In this document: positions 55,742 to 64,000 of the stretch, piece after piece
How positions within the stretch are numbered: the stretch's first letter is position 1
How the letters are laid out: each line of letters opens with the position of its first letter
Assembly (NCBI GenBank): GCA_028279705.1
Contig: JANQNF010000005.1
Coordinates: forward strand, 2,688 to 66,687
DNA length: 64,000 bases
Direction of reading: 5' to 3'
From: an archaeon
GTDB lineage: Archaea; Aenigmatarchaeota; Aenigmatarchaeia; QMZP01; JAFGSV01
The notes under the pieces: model-generated
What the model was told of the DNA's origin: nothing
Databases searched by the model: none
Seen by the model: the letters and a program-made list of their open reading frames with translations, nothing else
Position numbers and translations under genes: made by a program

Positions 55742-56128
55742 ATGAACGACGTAGCAACTGAACAGGAAGAAGTACTTGAGTTTTCTCTAGTACTCGAAGA
55801 AAAGAAAATTCGCCTGTTTGATGAAAACAAGGAACCACAAGATTTTATCTTGCGGGAACTTACTGGCAAAGAACGAGACAAGTGGATGACCAGTATGGCC
55901 ACTAAGGTCAGCATCGGTAAAGAATCCTCAGTCTCCAACTTTGACGGTATCCAAGCTAACCTGTTAGCCCTCGCCATGCGGTACTCTGGAGGGGAAAGAT
56001 CAGGTGAGGCGCTTTCAGTCACAACGATCCAAAGCTGGCCATCCAAAGTTCAAACCGAACTATTCAAACTGTGTCAAGAAATGTCTGGTCTCGGTGAAGA
56101 TGCAGATGAGAAGGAGGGGGAAGACTAA
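55742..56128 (+). CDS. Putative tail assembly chaperone
   Basis: RBS AAGGAG 5 nt before ATG 55742. Acidic C-terminus. Lies between the tube and tape measure genes. Confidence 0.45.
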   Translation: MNDVATEQEEVLEFSLVLEEKKIRLFDENKEPQDFILRELTGKERDKWMTSMATKVSIGKESSVSNFDGIQANLLALAMRYSGGERSGEALSVTTIQSWPSKVQTELFKLCQEMSGLGEDADEKEGED

Positions 56129-56172
56129 AAGGGGAGGAAGGTTTTTGGTATGACCTTGCTTCCCACCTTAAG

Positions 56173-56481
56173 ATGTCCCCTCAACGTTGTAAGAGGGAAC
56201 ACACGTCCCGGGAGTTTGTTCGTTGGCGTATCTGGTTCAGTAAGAACATTGAAAAAGATACCAAGGAAGATTACCGGGCGGCATCAATTGTAGCTGAAAT
56301 AAGAAGAGGTCAAGTAAAGAATCCCAGAGCCGTTAAACTGGAAGACTGTTTGGTTAAAGTAGGTTACGAAGACGATAAGCGTAAAGGACCTACTTCAACC
56401 ATGTCACCTGAACAAAGGATAGCAGCTTCCAAGGCTAAGTGGTTAGGATTTGCTGGCCTGCAATTGAGTAAGGAAAGTTAG
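56173..56481 (+). CDS. Hypothetical protein in the chaperone position, in the -1 frame relative to the upstream ORF
   Basis: Frame 1 is open from 56110 while the upstream ORF is in frame 2; the overlap is only 19 nt. Confidence 0.4.
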   Translation: MSPQRCKREHTSREFVRWRIWFSKNIEKDTKEDYRAASIVAEIRRGQVKNPRAVKLEDCLVKVGYEDDKRKGPTSTMSPEQRIAASKAKWLGFAGLQLSKES

Positions 56482-59187
56482 ATGGCATTCGAACTTGAAA
56501 AGCTGATCATCCGCCTTCACGGGGATACCAAGCAGTTCAAGACTGAGATGCGTAAAGCTTCGCGCATCATGGACCAAGCTGCGGATTCCTTCGTAGCTGC
56601 TGGTAAGAGAATGACCATCGCCGTATCAGCTCCTCTAGTAGCTATCGGCGCTGCATCCACAAAAGCCTTTGCTGACTTCGATTCTAACATGACGAAGTCG
56701 GCTGCTATCATGCGTGGGCTTACAGGTGAGATGCGTCAGGATATGGAAGATCTGGCCACGGTCATGTCTGATCAAGGCATCCGGTCTGCTTCAGAATTGG
56801 CCGAGGCCTACTTCTTCCTGACATCTGCTGGTTTGAGTACTGAAGAGTCTTTGGCTGCTTTGCCATTGATGACTGAATTCTCAACCGCTGGTATGTTCAG
56901 TCTAGCCCATTCCACTGACTTGGTCACTGACGCCTTTTCAGCTTTGGGCTTCAAGACTGGAACCACAGCAGAGCAAATGGAAAAGATGCGTCGCGTAGCT
57001 GATACGCTTACTGAAGCTAACATGCTCGCGAATGCTACGGTTGAACAATTCTCCATCGCGCTTACCACGAGAGCGGGAGCCGCGATGAAAGCATATAATA
57101 TCGAGGTTGAGGAAGGAGTAGCCGTTCTAGCGGCTATGGCTGACCAAGGGGTTAAGGCTCAACGTGCTGGTACTGAGTTTGACCGCCTTTTGAGGTTGAT
57201 GGCTAAATCAACACTCAAGAATACTGAAGCCCACAGGAAGTACGGCTTTGCTGTATTTGATGAGACGACTGGTAAGATCCGCAAGATGGCAGACATTGTT
57301 GCCAACCTTGAACAGATTACATCCAAGTTGTCAGACACTCAACGTACAGCAGCGCTGGATGCTATGGGCTTCGATGCACGTGTCCAACAAGTGATTCTTC
57401 CACTGTTGGGAACCAGCGAGGCTATCCGTGAGTATCACTCTGAGATGGTTCGTATGCAGGATACGACCCGTGAAGTTTCTGAGAAACAATTAACTTCATT
57501 CGCATCTCAAATGAAGATCCTCCGGAACCAGATACAAAATACCGGAAGAGTTGTAGGGGAAGTTCTGGCCCCATTCCTACAACAACTTACCAAACTCTTA
57601 GCCGACGCAGGGAACGAGTTCCGTAAACTACCTAGATGGATCCAAACCGTATTCATAGCTCTAGGTGTGATCGTAGCTACTGTAGGTCCGCTCCTAGTTA
57701 TGTTGGGAGCTCTAGGAGGAATCATTGCAGGCGTATCAGCAGGACTCAATGTGCTGGCTGTAATCCTTGGTGGTCCTCTGGCCATAGCGTTCCGCACCGC
57801 TGCAATTGCTAACGCGCTATTTAATTCTTCTCTTCGTACTACTGCGGTTCTTCTAGCTGCTTTCGTAGCATTCAAAGTAGGGGAAAGAATCGGTAAGGAA
57901 CTGGCAGAAGCTTTCTTTGGAGCTGAAAGCGGTGCCCGTGCTTTACAGGATCGCATAGACAGACTCAAAGGATTGAACGTAGGTACTATCGCGTTCCAAG
58001 AACGTAACAACATGATAACCAAAACTAATTTGGACCAGATCAAAGACCTTGAAAGGAGAACTGTAGAATACGCAGAAGCAATCAAGTTGGCTGAAAGCAA
58101 CCTTAGAGGACTGGAGTCTAGAGCTAGTGGTACTGCAAGGATGATCGAAGACATGCAGACCTACCAAGGACCTCCGGGTGGTATCTTCTCCTTGCTAGGT
58201 TTGGAAGACTGGTTGGTTAAGACCACCAAACTCCACCGCACAACCGCCGACTTTGAAGCAGAACTTCAAGCACTTAACCAGCAAATCATAAGCCAACAAA
58301 CAGATGTTGAAGGGTTGAAGGATGAGTACTCGAGACTCCAAAATCAGTTGGCTATGCTCGAAGAGCTGATTGACCAAGAGTTGAAGGAAGACATAGAACA
58401 ACTGACCCTTCGTATGAAGGACCAGATTGCAACCTTTGGTATGTCTTCCAATGCTGCTGAAATCTATAGGTTGCAACAGCGAGAGGCTGGTAAGGCTGAT
58501 ATCTTACGACTGCAAGCCTTGAACCTGATGATCGAAGCCCAAGAACGAAATCAGAAAGCTATGGAGGATGCGGCTGAAAAGACCGCAATGATAAACAAGG
58601 AAGGCCGCGACCAAGTAAAACAAATGGAACAACAGGTAAGGTTCTTCCACCTTACAGCCCGACAAGCTCGTATTGCTGAACTCGCTGAAAAGGGAGTGCG
58701 TAGAAGCCGTATCGAAGCGATGAAGCAATTAGACAGAGAGCTAACTCTGTTGGAAAAACGTAAGCAACTAATGGAACGAGGTAAGCAACTCACCAAGCAG
58801 ATGCTGACCCCAACAGAACAGCTCAGAGCCCTACAACAAGAACTCAAGGAACTACTAGAAGCTGGAGCAATCAACTGGACTACCGCTGAACGAGCTGTGC
58901 GTGACTTCGTAGAAAACATGCAGGACGAAGAAATCAAACTCAAAGTTTCTGTAGAAGGTGTTGAAGCTGTTGAAGCTGGTTCAATCGAAGCCTTGACCCG
59001 TTTGCAAGGATTCCAAATCAATGCTCCTGGCGCTACTACAGGAACCGCAAGTAAGACTACAAATGTTAGCGACGACCCACAGTACAAAGAAACTATGAAG
59101 AACCTGTTTGAGTCTGTGGAAGAAGCCGTACAGGAAATGGTAGCTAACGGAACATTGTTAACTGTTGCTGGATTGTCGAGGTTCTAA
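56482..59187 (+). CDS. Tail tape measure protein
   Basis: 901 aa, alpha-helical and Ala/Leu/Gln-rich. Central hydrophobic segment VFIALGVIVATVGPLLVMLGALGGIIAGV. Confidence 0.8.
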   Translation: MAFELEKLIIRLHGDTKQFKTEMRKASRIMDQAADSFVAAGKRMTIAVSAPLVAIGAASTKAFADFDSNMTKSAAIMRGLTGEMRQDMEDLATVMSDQGIRSASELAEAYFFLTSAGLSTEESLAALPLMTEFSTAGMFSLAHSTDLVTDAFSALGFKTGTTAEQMEKMRRVADTLTEANMLANATVEQFSIALTTRAGAAMKAYNIEVEEGVAVLAAMADQGVKAQRAGTEFDRLLRLMAKSTLKNTEAHRKYGFAVFDETTGKIRKMADIVANLEQITSKLSDTQRTAALDAMGFDARVQQVILPLLGTSEAIREYHSEMVRMQDTTREVSEKQLTSFASQMKILRNQIQNTGRVVGEVLAPFLQQLTKLLADAGNEFRKLPRWIQTVFIALGVIVATVGPLLVMLGALGGIIAGVSAGLNVLAVILGGPLAIAFRTAAIANALFNSSLRTTAVLLAAFVAFKVGERIGKELAEAFFGAESGARALQDRIDRLKGLNVGTIAFQERNNMITKTNLDQIKDLERRTVEYAEAIKLAESNLRGLESRASGTARMIEDMQTYQGPPGGIFSLLGLEDWLVKTTKLHRTTADFEAELQALNQQIISQQTDVEGLKDEYSRLQNQLAMLEELIDQELKEDIEQLTLRMKDQIATFGMSSNAAEIYRLQQREAGKADILRLQALNLMIEAQERNQKAMEDAAEKTAMINKEGRDQVKQMEQQVRFFHLTARQARIAELAEKGVRRSRIEAMKQLDRELTLLEKRKQLMERGKQLTKQMLTPTEQLRALQQELKELLEAGAINWTTAERAVRDFVENMQDEEIKLKVSVEGVEAVEAGSIEALTRLQGFQINAPGATTGTASKTTNVSDDPQYKETMKNLFESVEEAVQEMVANGTLLTVAGLSRF

Positions 59188-60158
59188 TGGCTGGCAAAAT
59201 AGAAGGACGAACAGGCTGGTCAGTCCGTAGAACGGATAACGGTCATCGTAATTACTCAGTCAAGCACAAGATTGAAACGACTGATGAAGAAGACGGTCCA
59301 GCAATTGTACTATCAACAGTTGGATTACCCACTGTTGGAAGTGTCTGGGGTTACGGTAACGACCTAGACTCATGGGCATTCTGTCTACCTGAAGCCGAAG
59401 TTAAATTCCTTGGTAAACAAGAAGCCTCTTGCTGGTGGGAAGTGACAAACCACTTCTCAACAGAACCGCAGGAACGATGCCAAACAACTGAGATTGAAAA
59501 CCCGTTAGATGAACCTGACCGGGTTGGTGGAAGTTTTACCAAACTCAAAAAGCAAGCTAAGGTTGACCGCAATGATAAACCCATTGCAAACAGCAGCCAT
59601 GAACTATTCACAGGCTCGGCAACCGAGGTTGATGATAGCCGACCTACGGTGTTAATTGGGAAAAACGTCAGCAGTCTTCCACTAGTCACATTTGCATCTA
59701 TGATTGACACGGTGAACGATGCGACACTGTGGGGTATGGCAGCTAGAACAATCAAGCTGACCAACGTCAACTGGCAAAGAAAACTGTATGGAGTTTGTAC
59801 CTACTACTATATCGTCGAGTATGAGTTTGAAATAAACGCCAACACGTTTGACAAGACTTTGCTAGACATTGGTACAAGGGTTCTAAAGGGGAAGTGGGTT
59901 GATAACAGTTGGGTTGGTCTAGACCCTGATGAAGTCCCAACTGAGAATAACCCGAAGAACCTTAAGAACAGCCAGATCGCAAGCAACTTCATTCAGTACA
60001 AAGACGAAACCGGTCAATTCGGTGGAGACGGAAAGGTGCTTCTCGATGGGAAAGGAAGGCCGCTACAGGATCCGAACGACGACGCTATCACCCTTGGCCC
60101 TTTTGAATACTATCCAGAATCAAACTTCCTGCTGCTCAACATCCCAACCAGCTTATAG
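59187..60158 (+). CDS. Hypothetical distal tail protein
   Basis: 323 aa; ATGG overlap with the tape measure gene. Confidence 0.55.
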   Translation: MAGKIEGRTGWSVRRTDNGHRNYSVKHKIETTDEEDGPAIVLSTVGLPTVGSVWGYGNDLDSWAFCLPEAEVKFLGKQEASCWWEVTNHFSTEPQERCQTTEIENPLDEPDRVGGSFTKLKKQAKVDRNDKPIANSSHELFTGSATEVDDSRPTVLIGKNVSSLPLVTFASMIDTVNDATLWGMAARTIKLTNVNWQRKLYGVCTYYYIVEYEFEINANTFDKTLLDIGTRVLKGKWVDNSWVGLDPDEVPTENNPKNLKNSQIASNFIQYKDETGQFGGDGKVLLDGKGRPLQDPNDDAITLGPFEYYPESNFLLLNIPTSL

Positions 60159-60168
60159 TGAGTCAGAC

Positions 60169-60636
60169 ATGATCGCCAAGATATCAGGTCCGCCAACAAG
60201 AGAACGTGATAGGATTACTCTCAATCTTAATTTCTACCACGAACGAATAGGGGAAAGCCCAACCCCTCACCAAATCAGCTTTGCACAACTGCTTGAAGGG
60301 ACCGACCAGCCATACTCCCGTGAATACAAAATCACAAAGGAATGGAAATCGCTTCCAATCCCTCTAGAGAAGGTTGGTTACATCATCGTCCAAAACTTGG
60401 TAGGCACCAACTACGAAACAATCCCGAGTGATGCTCAAATCGCCACTGACGACAAACGAATTGTTGAACTTACCAGTTCACGAGACGGCGGGTTCTTACC
60501 AAACGATCCCGGAGGCACGCAGCTTATTCCTCCCAGAGGATTGTACGTGGGACAGATGAGTGCTGATTGGGAAGACGTTATGTTCCGCACCCAAGAAGGT
60601 ACAGCGATAATCAACCTTTCTGTGTATCCAAAGTAA
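60169..60636 (+). CDS. Hypothetical tail protein
   Basis: ATG 60169 (MIAKISGPP); 155 aa. Confidence 0.5.
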   Translation: MIAKISGPPTRERDRITLNLNFYHERIGESPTPHQISFAQLLEGTDQPYSREYKITKEWKSLPIPLEKVGYIIVQNLVGTNYETIPSDAQIATDDKRIVELTSSRDGGFLPNDPGGTQLIPPRGLYVGQMSADWEDVMFRTQEGTAIINLSVYPK

Positions 60637-60637
60637 G

Positions 60638-62617
60638 ATGCCATCAAAACTCTATGCTCTTTCCGAAGCGGAACGGGATCTCGTTGAAAAGGCGCTACAG
60701 AAGTTAGCCAAGATCCCTGAGCCTCAGGATACAGAACCAACTCAGCCGCAACCTGGGATTAAGGCAGATGATGTTTATCTAGCCTATCCTCCTTGCGACC
60801 AGTCTATCCCTGCGATGATAGGCGAAGTCCCAGGAGCTATGGAATGTTGTATCTTCCTACTGCACTACGGTGATGATCCCAATGACCCAGAGCAGAGGGA
60901 AATCACACCTATTCTGCTAGGTAAGGACGAAGATGGTAAACCTATTCATATGCGTGAGTGGGTTTATAACATCTATCCTGTTCCCTCGGATCGTAACCGT
61001 TACTTCCAAGTATGGCGTAGTAAGGGTGGATTTTTCTTCTGTGAACGTCCTTCAGGACATAACCAGGAACAAGACACTACTACAACCACAACGTCAACGA
61101 CCACAACTACAATAGAACCGGAACCACAATCATGTGAGGGATTCTGTGAATGGCAATGGAACGACTCCACGAGGACGTGGAATAAGATCGATGATAATTG
61201 CAGCACGACCACATCAACTACTACCACGTCCACCACGATTATCGGTTCCACAACGACGACTACTGAATGCCCTTGTCCGGTTGAGGATAAGTCAACATCG
61301 ACGACGACCACAACAACGTTAGCTCCTCCACCTGAGTGTAACTGCTTGTGGCCTGACTTCTGCGGAACAAACAACGGAGAGATCACATACACGAACTGTG
61401 CTTACGATGCAGATACCGATCCTCCAATTTGCACCACGACAACGACTACATCATGTAACTGCAATACAACCACAACCAGTGAAGTACCTAACTGTGATCC
61501 AGCTTGTGAATGGGTTTGGATTCCACCGGGGCGATGGTGGCCTGTACCTGGGACTCTTCAGTGCCGTAACAAGATTCACTGTAATCCTTGCCCACAGCCT
61601 TCAACGGCTGGTGGTTTCTACTGTGATGAAGACACTACAAATTGTACCATAAAGGATGATCCGCCCCCTCCACCACAGCGATGTAACGATTCTTGCGAAT
61701 GGTGGTGGATACCACAAGTGCAGTCCTGGATTAGGATGACTAACAATTGCAACCCTGCATTGATCAATTGCTATTGTGATCCACCTAGTGACCCACCATC
61801 CAACAACAATGATTGTGTTCCAACTCACACACCTTGCACACTGCACGGCGGAGGGACAACTACTACTCAGGATCCATGCCATCCTTGTTATTCAACAACC
61901 ACGACAACCACTACTGGTGAACCTTCTTGCCAAGCTGAGTGTCGCTGGTTCTGGAACGGAGTAACATGGAACCTGATCACCAACGACTGCCCTACTCGTT
62001 GTCCATGTCCAGACCCTGTGTGGAATGGTACAGTATTCGGGGAAACCACAACCACTGAATGTAGCGATTTTCCAACTACTAGCACAAGTTCAACAACCAC
62101 TACAGCAACTCCAACCGGAGCCTGCTGTGTGCCTGAAATCAAGGATCCATTCAGATGCTTGGATAATATTACCCAGACAAGCTGTGAAGATGTTCTGGGA
62201 GGAACATATCAAGGCGATGGTAGCACATGTCCTGCTGACTGTGGACCTACCTGTGATCCACGACCTTGTAGGTGGGAGTGCATCAACGGACGATGGATAG
62301 AAAATCCACAAGACCAATGTGGAACGTTTGTACCGTGTCACTGTAAGCAACCTCCTGGATTCCCAATATGCCTAGACAATGGTTCTGAGATCTGGATGAC
62401 CTGTGAAGACGGGTTCGGATCCTACGCATCAACGTATGGAGGTTCGGGAACCAAAGCAATCCGTAAAGTTCCTAGGATCATTGTCACCAACAAGATTAAG
62501 ACTCCGGGTGTTCTTAATCAAGACATCACAGTTACGGTTCCTGCGATATCTGTACAACCGATAACCGTTATTCCACCTACTGTACTAGGCGGTGGACAAC
62601 AAGTAGGAGGAAGCTAA
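60638..62617 (+). CDS. Tail fibre / receptor-binding protein with poly-Thr linkers and repeated Cys/Trp-rich modules
   Basis: 659 aa. Modules CEWQWN, CEWVWIPPGRWW, CEWWWIPQVQSW, CRWFWNGVTWN and CRWECINGRWIE, separated by Thr/Ser runs such as TTTTTSTTTTT. Confidence 0.7.
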   Translation: MPSKLYALSEAERDLVEKALQKLAKIPEPQDTEPTQPQPGIKADDVYLAYPPCDQSIPAMIGEVPGAMECCIFLLHYGDDPNDPEQREITPILLGKDEDGKPIHMREWVYNIYPVPSDRNRYFQVWRSKGGFFFCERPSGHNQEQDTTTTTTSTTTTTIEPEPQSCEGFCEWQWNDSTRTWNKIDDNCSTTTSTTTTSTTIIGSTTTTTECPCPVEDKSTSTTTTTTLAPPPECNCLWPDFCGTNNGEITYTNCAYDADTDPPICTTTTTTSCNCNTTTTSEVPNCDPACEWVWIPPGRWWPVPGTLQCRNKIHCNPCPQPSTAGGFYCDEDTTNCTIKDDPPPPPQRCNDSCEWWWIPQVQSWIRMTNNCNPALINCYCDPPSDPPSNNNDCVPTHTPCTLHGGGTTTTQDPCHPCYSTTTTTTTGEPSCQAECRWFWNGVTWNLITNDCPTRCPCPDPVWNGTVFGETTTTECSDFPTTSTSSTTTTATPTGACCVPEIKDPFRCLDNITQTSCEDVLGGTYQGDGSTCPADCGPTCDPRPCRWECINGRWIENPQDQCGTFVPCHCKQPPGFPICLDNGSEIWMTCEDGFGSYASTYGGSGTKAIRKVPRIIVTNKIKTPGVLNQDITVTVPAISVQPITVIPPTVLGGGQQVGGS

Positions 62618-62619
62618 TC

Positions 62620-63087
62620 ATGGCCAGCTTGGTATACACACAAGCTCTAATGGAGATGATGGATGGGACCATCGATATTGATACAGACACCATCAAGTGT
62701 ATGTTGGTTGAAGATGGTTACGTCCCAGACCAGGATGACACTGTAATCGATGACGGGGGCGGTAATGACCCCATTGATCACGAGATCAGCGTCTCAGGAT
62801 ACACCGGAGGATTTGGTGGAGCCGGTCGTAAGACTGTGTCCATTGCTCTCACAGCTAACGATACCAACAACAGAGTTGACATTGGTATTGAAGCCGATCT
62901 CACTTGGTCATCGTTGGGCGCAGGAGCCACAATCGCCGGTGCAATTCTGGTCAAAGAAATCACAAACGATACGCTATCAAGGCTTATCGCTTACTTCGAT
63001 GTTAACGACTTTGCTACTACGGGTGGAGACTACACGTTAGATTTCACACCGTCAGCCAGCGGAGGCAATATTCAATTCCCGCTTTAA
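62620..63087 (+). CDS. Hypothetical protein
   Basis: 155 aa; Asp/Gly/Thr-rich. Confidence 0.5.
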   Translation: MASLVYTQALMEMMDGTIDIDTDTIKCMLVEDGYVPDQDDTVIDDGGGNDPIDHEISVSGYTGGFGGAGRKTVSIALTANDTNNRVDIGIEADLTWSSLGAGATIAGAILVKEITNDTLSRLIAYFDVNDFATTGGDYTLDFTPSASGGNIQFPL

Positions 63088-63138
63088 TCTAGATGCGAAC
63101 TGGATGGTTGGCCAGTTCTAAAACTAATTGGAGGACAT

Positions 63139-64000
63139 TATGAAACTCACAATAGGTATGGCAACCTATCAGGACTACGACGGTCTTCACTTCACCGTCC
63201 AAAGTCTTAGGATGCACAGTAAGATCCACGAGGATGACAACGTTGAGTTGTTAGTCGTGGACAACTGTCCATCTCACAAGGATGCCTCACGCATCAAGCA
63301 ACTCACTGAGTGTACTAATCACGGAGGAAAAATCCGTGGCCGGTACATTCCAATGGAAACACCCGTCGGAACTTCTGCGCCTCGGCAAAGAATTTTCGAT
63401 GAAGCTGAAGGAGACGTGGTGCTCTGTATGGACAGCCATGTCCTCCTTCCAACCGATACACCATCGCGTCTCCTTCACTTCTTTAGTGAGAACCCAGACA
63501 CCCCGAACCTGTATACCGGTCCAATGATCTATGACGGAATGGGTATGATGTCTACCCACTTCGATATGATCTGGCGGTCCGAGATGTGGGGGATCTGGGC
63601 ACATGCTTGGAGATGCAAGTGTGGTCATCCTTTCACAGTGATTAACCCTGAAGATATTGGCAAAGACGATGACAAGCCAATACAATTCCACAGCCTGGAG
63701 TTTGAGGTTAAAAACCACAGACGCAAACGCTGTGCCGAATGTTACCAGCCGTTCCCTGTCAACATCCGTTGGCCAGGACACCAACAAATCCTGAAGCAGA
63801 AGTTCGGGTACACACAAGCTGGTTGGACCGACGACGAACCTATCTTTAAGATCCCTGCTATGGGGTTAGGTTTATTCACCTGCCGGAAAGACGCTTGGCT
63901 CGGGTTCCTTGAAGGTCACAGAATGTTCGGTGGTGAAGAAGGGTACATACATGAGAAGTATGAACAAGCCGGGCACTCTACATTCTGTTTACCGTGGCTC
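63139..64000 (+). CDS. GT2-family (GT-A fold) glycosyltransferase; 3'-truncated by the window end
   Basis: RBS GGAGGA then ATG 63139. KLTIGMATYQDYDGLHFTVQSL start, VVDNCPSHKD and CMDSHV (DxD-like) motifs. Open to the end of the window. Not in the ORF track. Confidence 0.65.

Noticed and set aside
56110-56128. Programmed -1 frameshift site for the tail chaperones
   Set aside because: There is no canonical slippery heptamer in the 19-nt overlap. Kept only as a low-interest finding, not annotated as a feature.
42108-61392. Long antisense ORFs inside large genes (42108..42827 -, 51043..51972 -, 57507..58154 -, 58551..59087 -, 61000..61392 -)
   Set aside because: They lie wholly within strongly supported genes on the opposite strand (portal, capsid, tape measure, fibre) and have repetitive low-complexity translations. 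They are frame shadows.

Overview
The window reads as a contiguous stretch of a tailed dsDNA phage or prophage genome. It is gene-dense, with 4-nt ATGA/GTGA start-stop overlaps, Shine-Dalgarno sites of the GGAGG type, and no rRNA, tRNA or CRISPR array. There are three transcriptional blocks. (1) Positions 1-18722 on the + strand hold a replication and nucleotide-metabolism module: a truncated CsrA homolog, a family-A DNA polymerase with 3'-5' exonuclease, a thymidylate-synthase-family enzyme, a radical-SAM/SPASM enzyme, a GT-B glycosyltransferase with a T4 alpha-glucosyltransferase-like N-terminus, a possible aGPT-Pplase-like protein, a tandem MazG-like NTP pyrophosphatase, a TOPRIM primase fused to a P-loop helicase, a SLOG protein, an RHH protein, a beta-class DNA methyltransferase and an HD phosphohydrolase. 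(2) Positions 18759-31276 on the - strand hold an early-type block of about 30 small ORFs plus a UvrD-family helicase and a DGQHR/ParB-like protein. (3) Positions 34708-64000 on the + strand hold the late/structural module: a small and a large terminase, portal, an S1 serine protease, a scaffold/protease, the major capsid protein, a tail tube candidate, a 901-aa tape measure, a Thr-rich/Cys-Trp-repeat fibre and a GT2 glycosyltransferase. Blocks 2 and 3 diverge from a 3.4-kb mostly non-coding control region (31277-34707). It contains phased A-tracts, TTCCGCACA iterons, TTTCCAC/GTGGAAA palindromes, a 14-bp motif (AAATATCGCACCTG) shared with a second non-coding island at 17200-17640, an AT-rich element and two small DNA-binding protein genes with their own terminators. 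The most interesting inference is that the polymerase-proximal enzymes (4388-9825, plus the MazG and HD proteins) form a candidate, apparently undescribed pathway for hypermodification of a pyrimidine in virion DNA (hydroxymethylation, then glycosylation and/or radical-SAM chemistry). A second candidate system is glycosylation of the mucin-like tail fibre by the adjacent GT2. All functional calls rest on motif-level reading and remembered family signatures, not on database searches.
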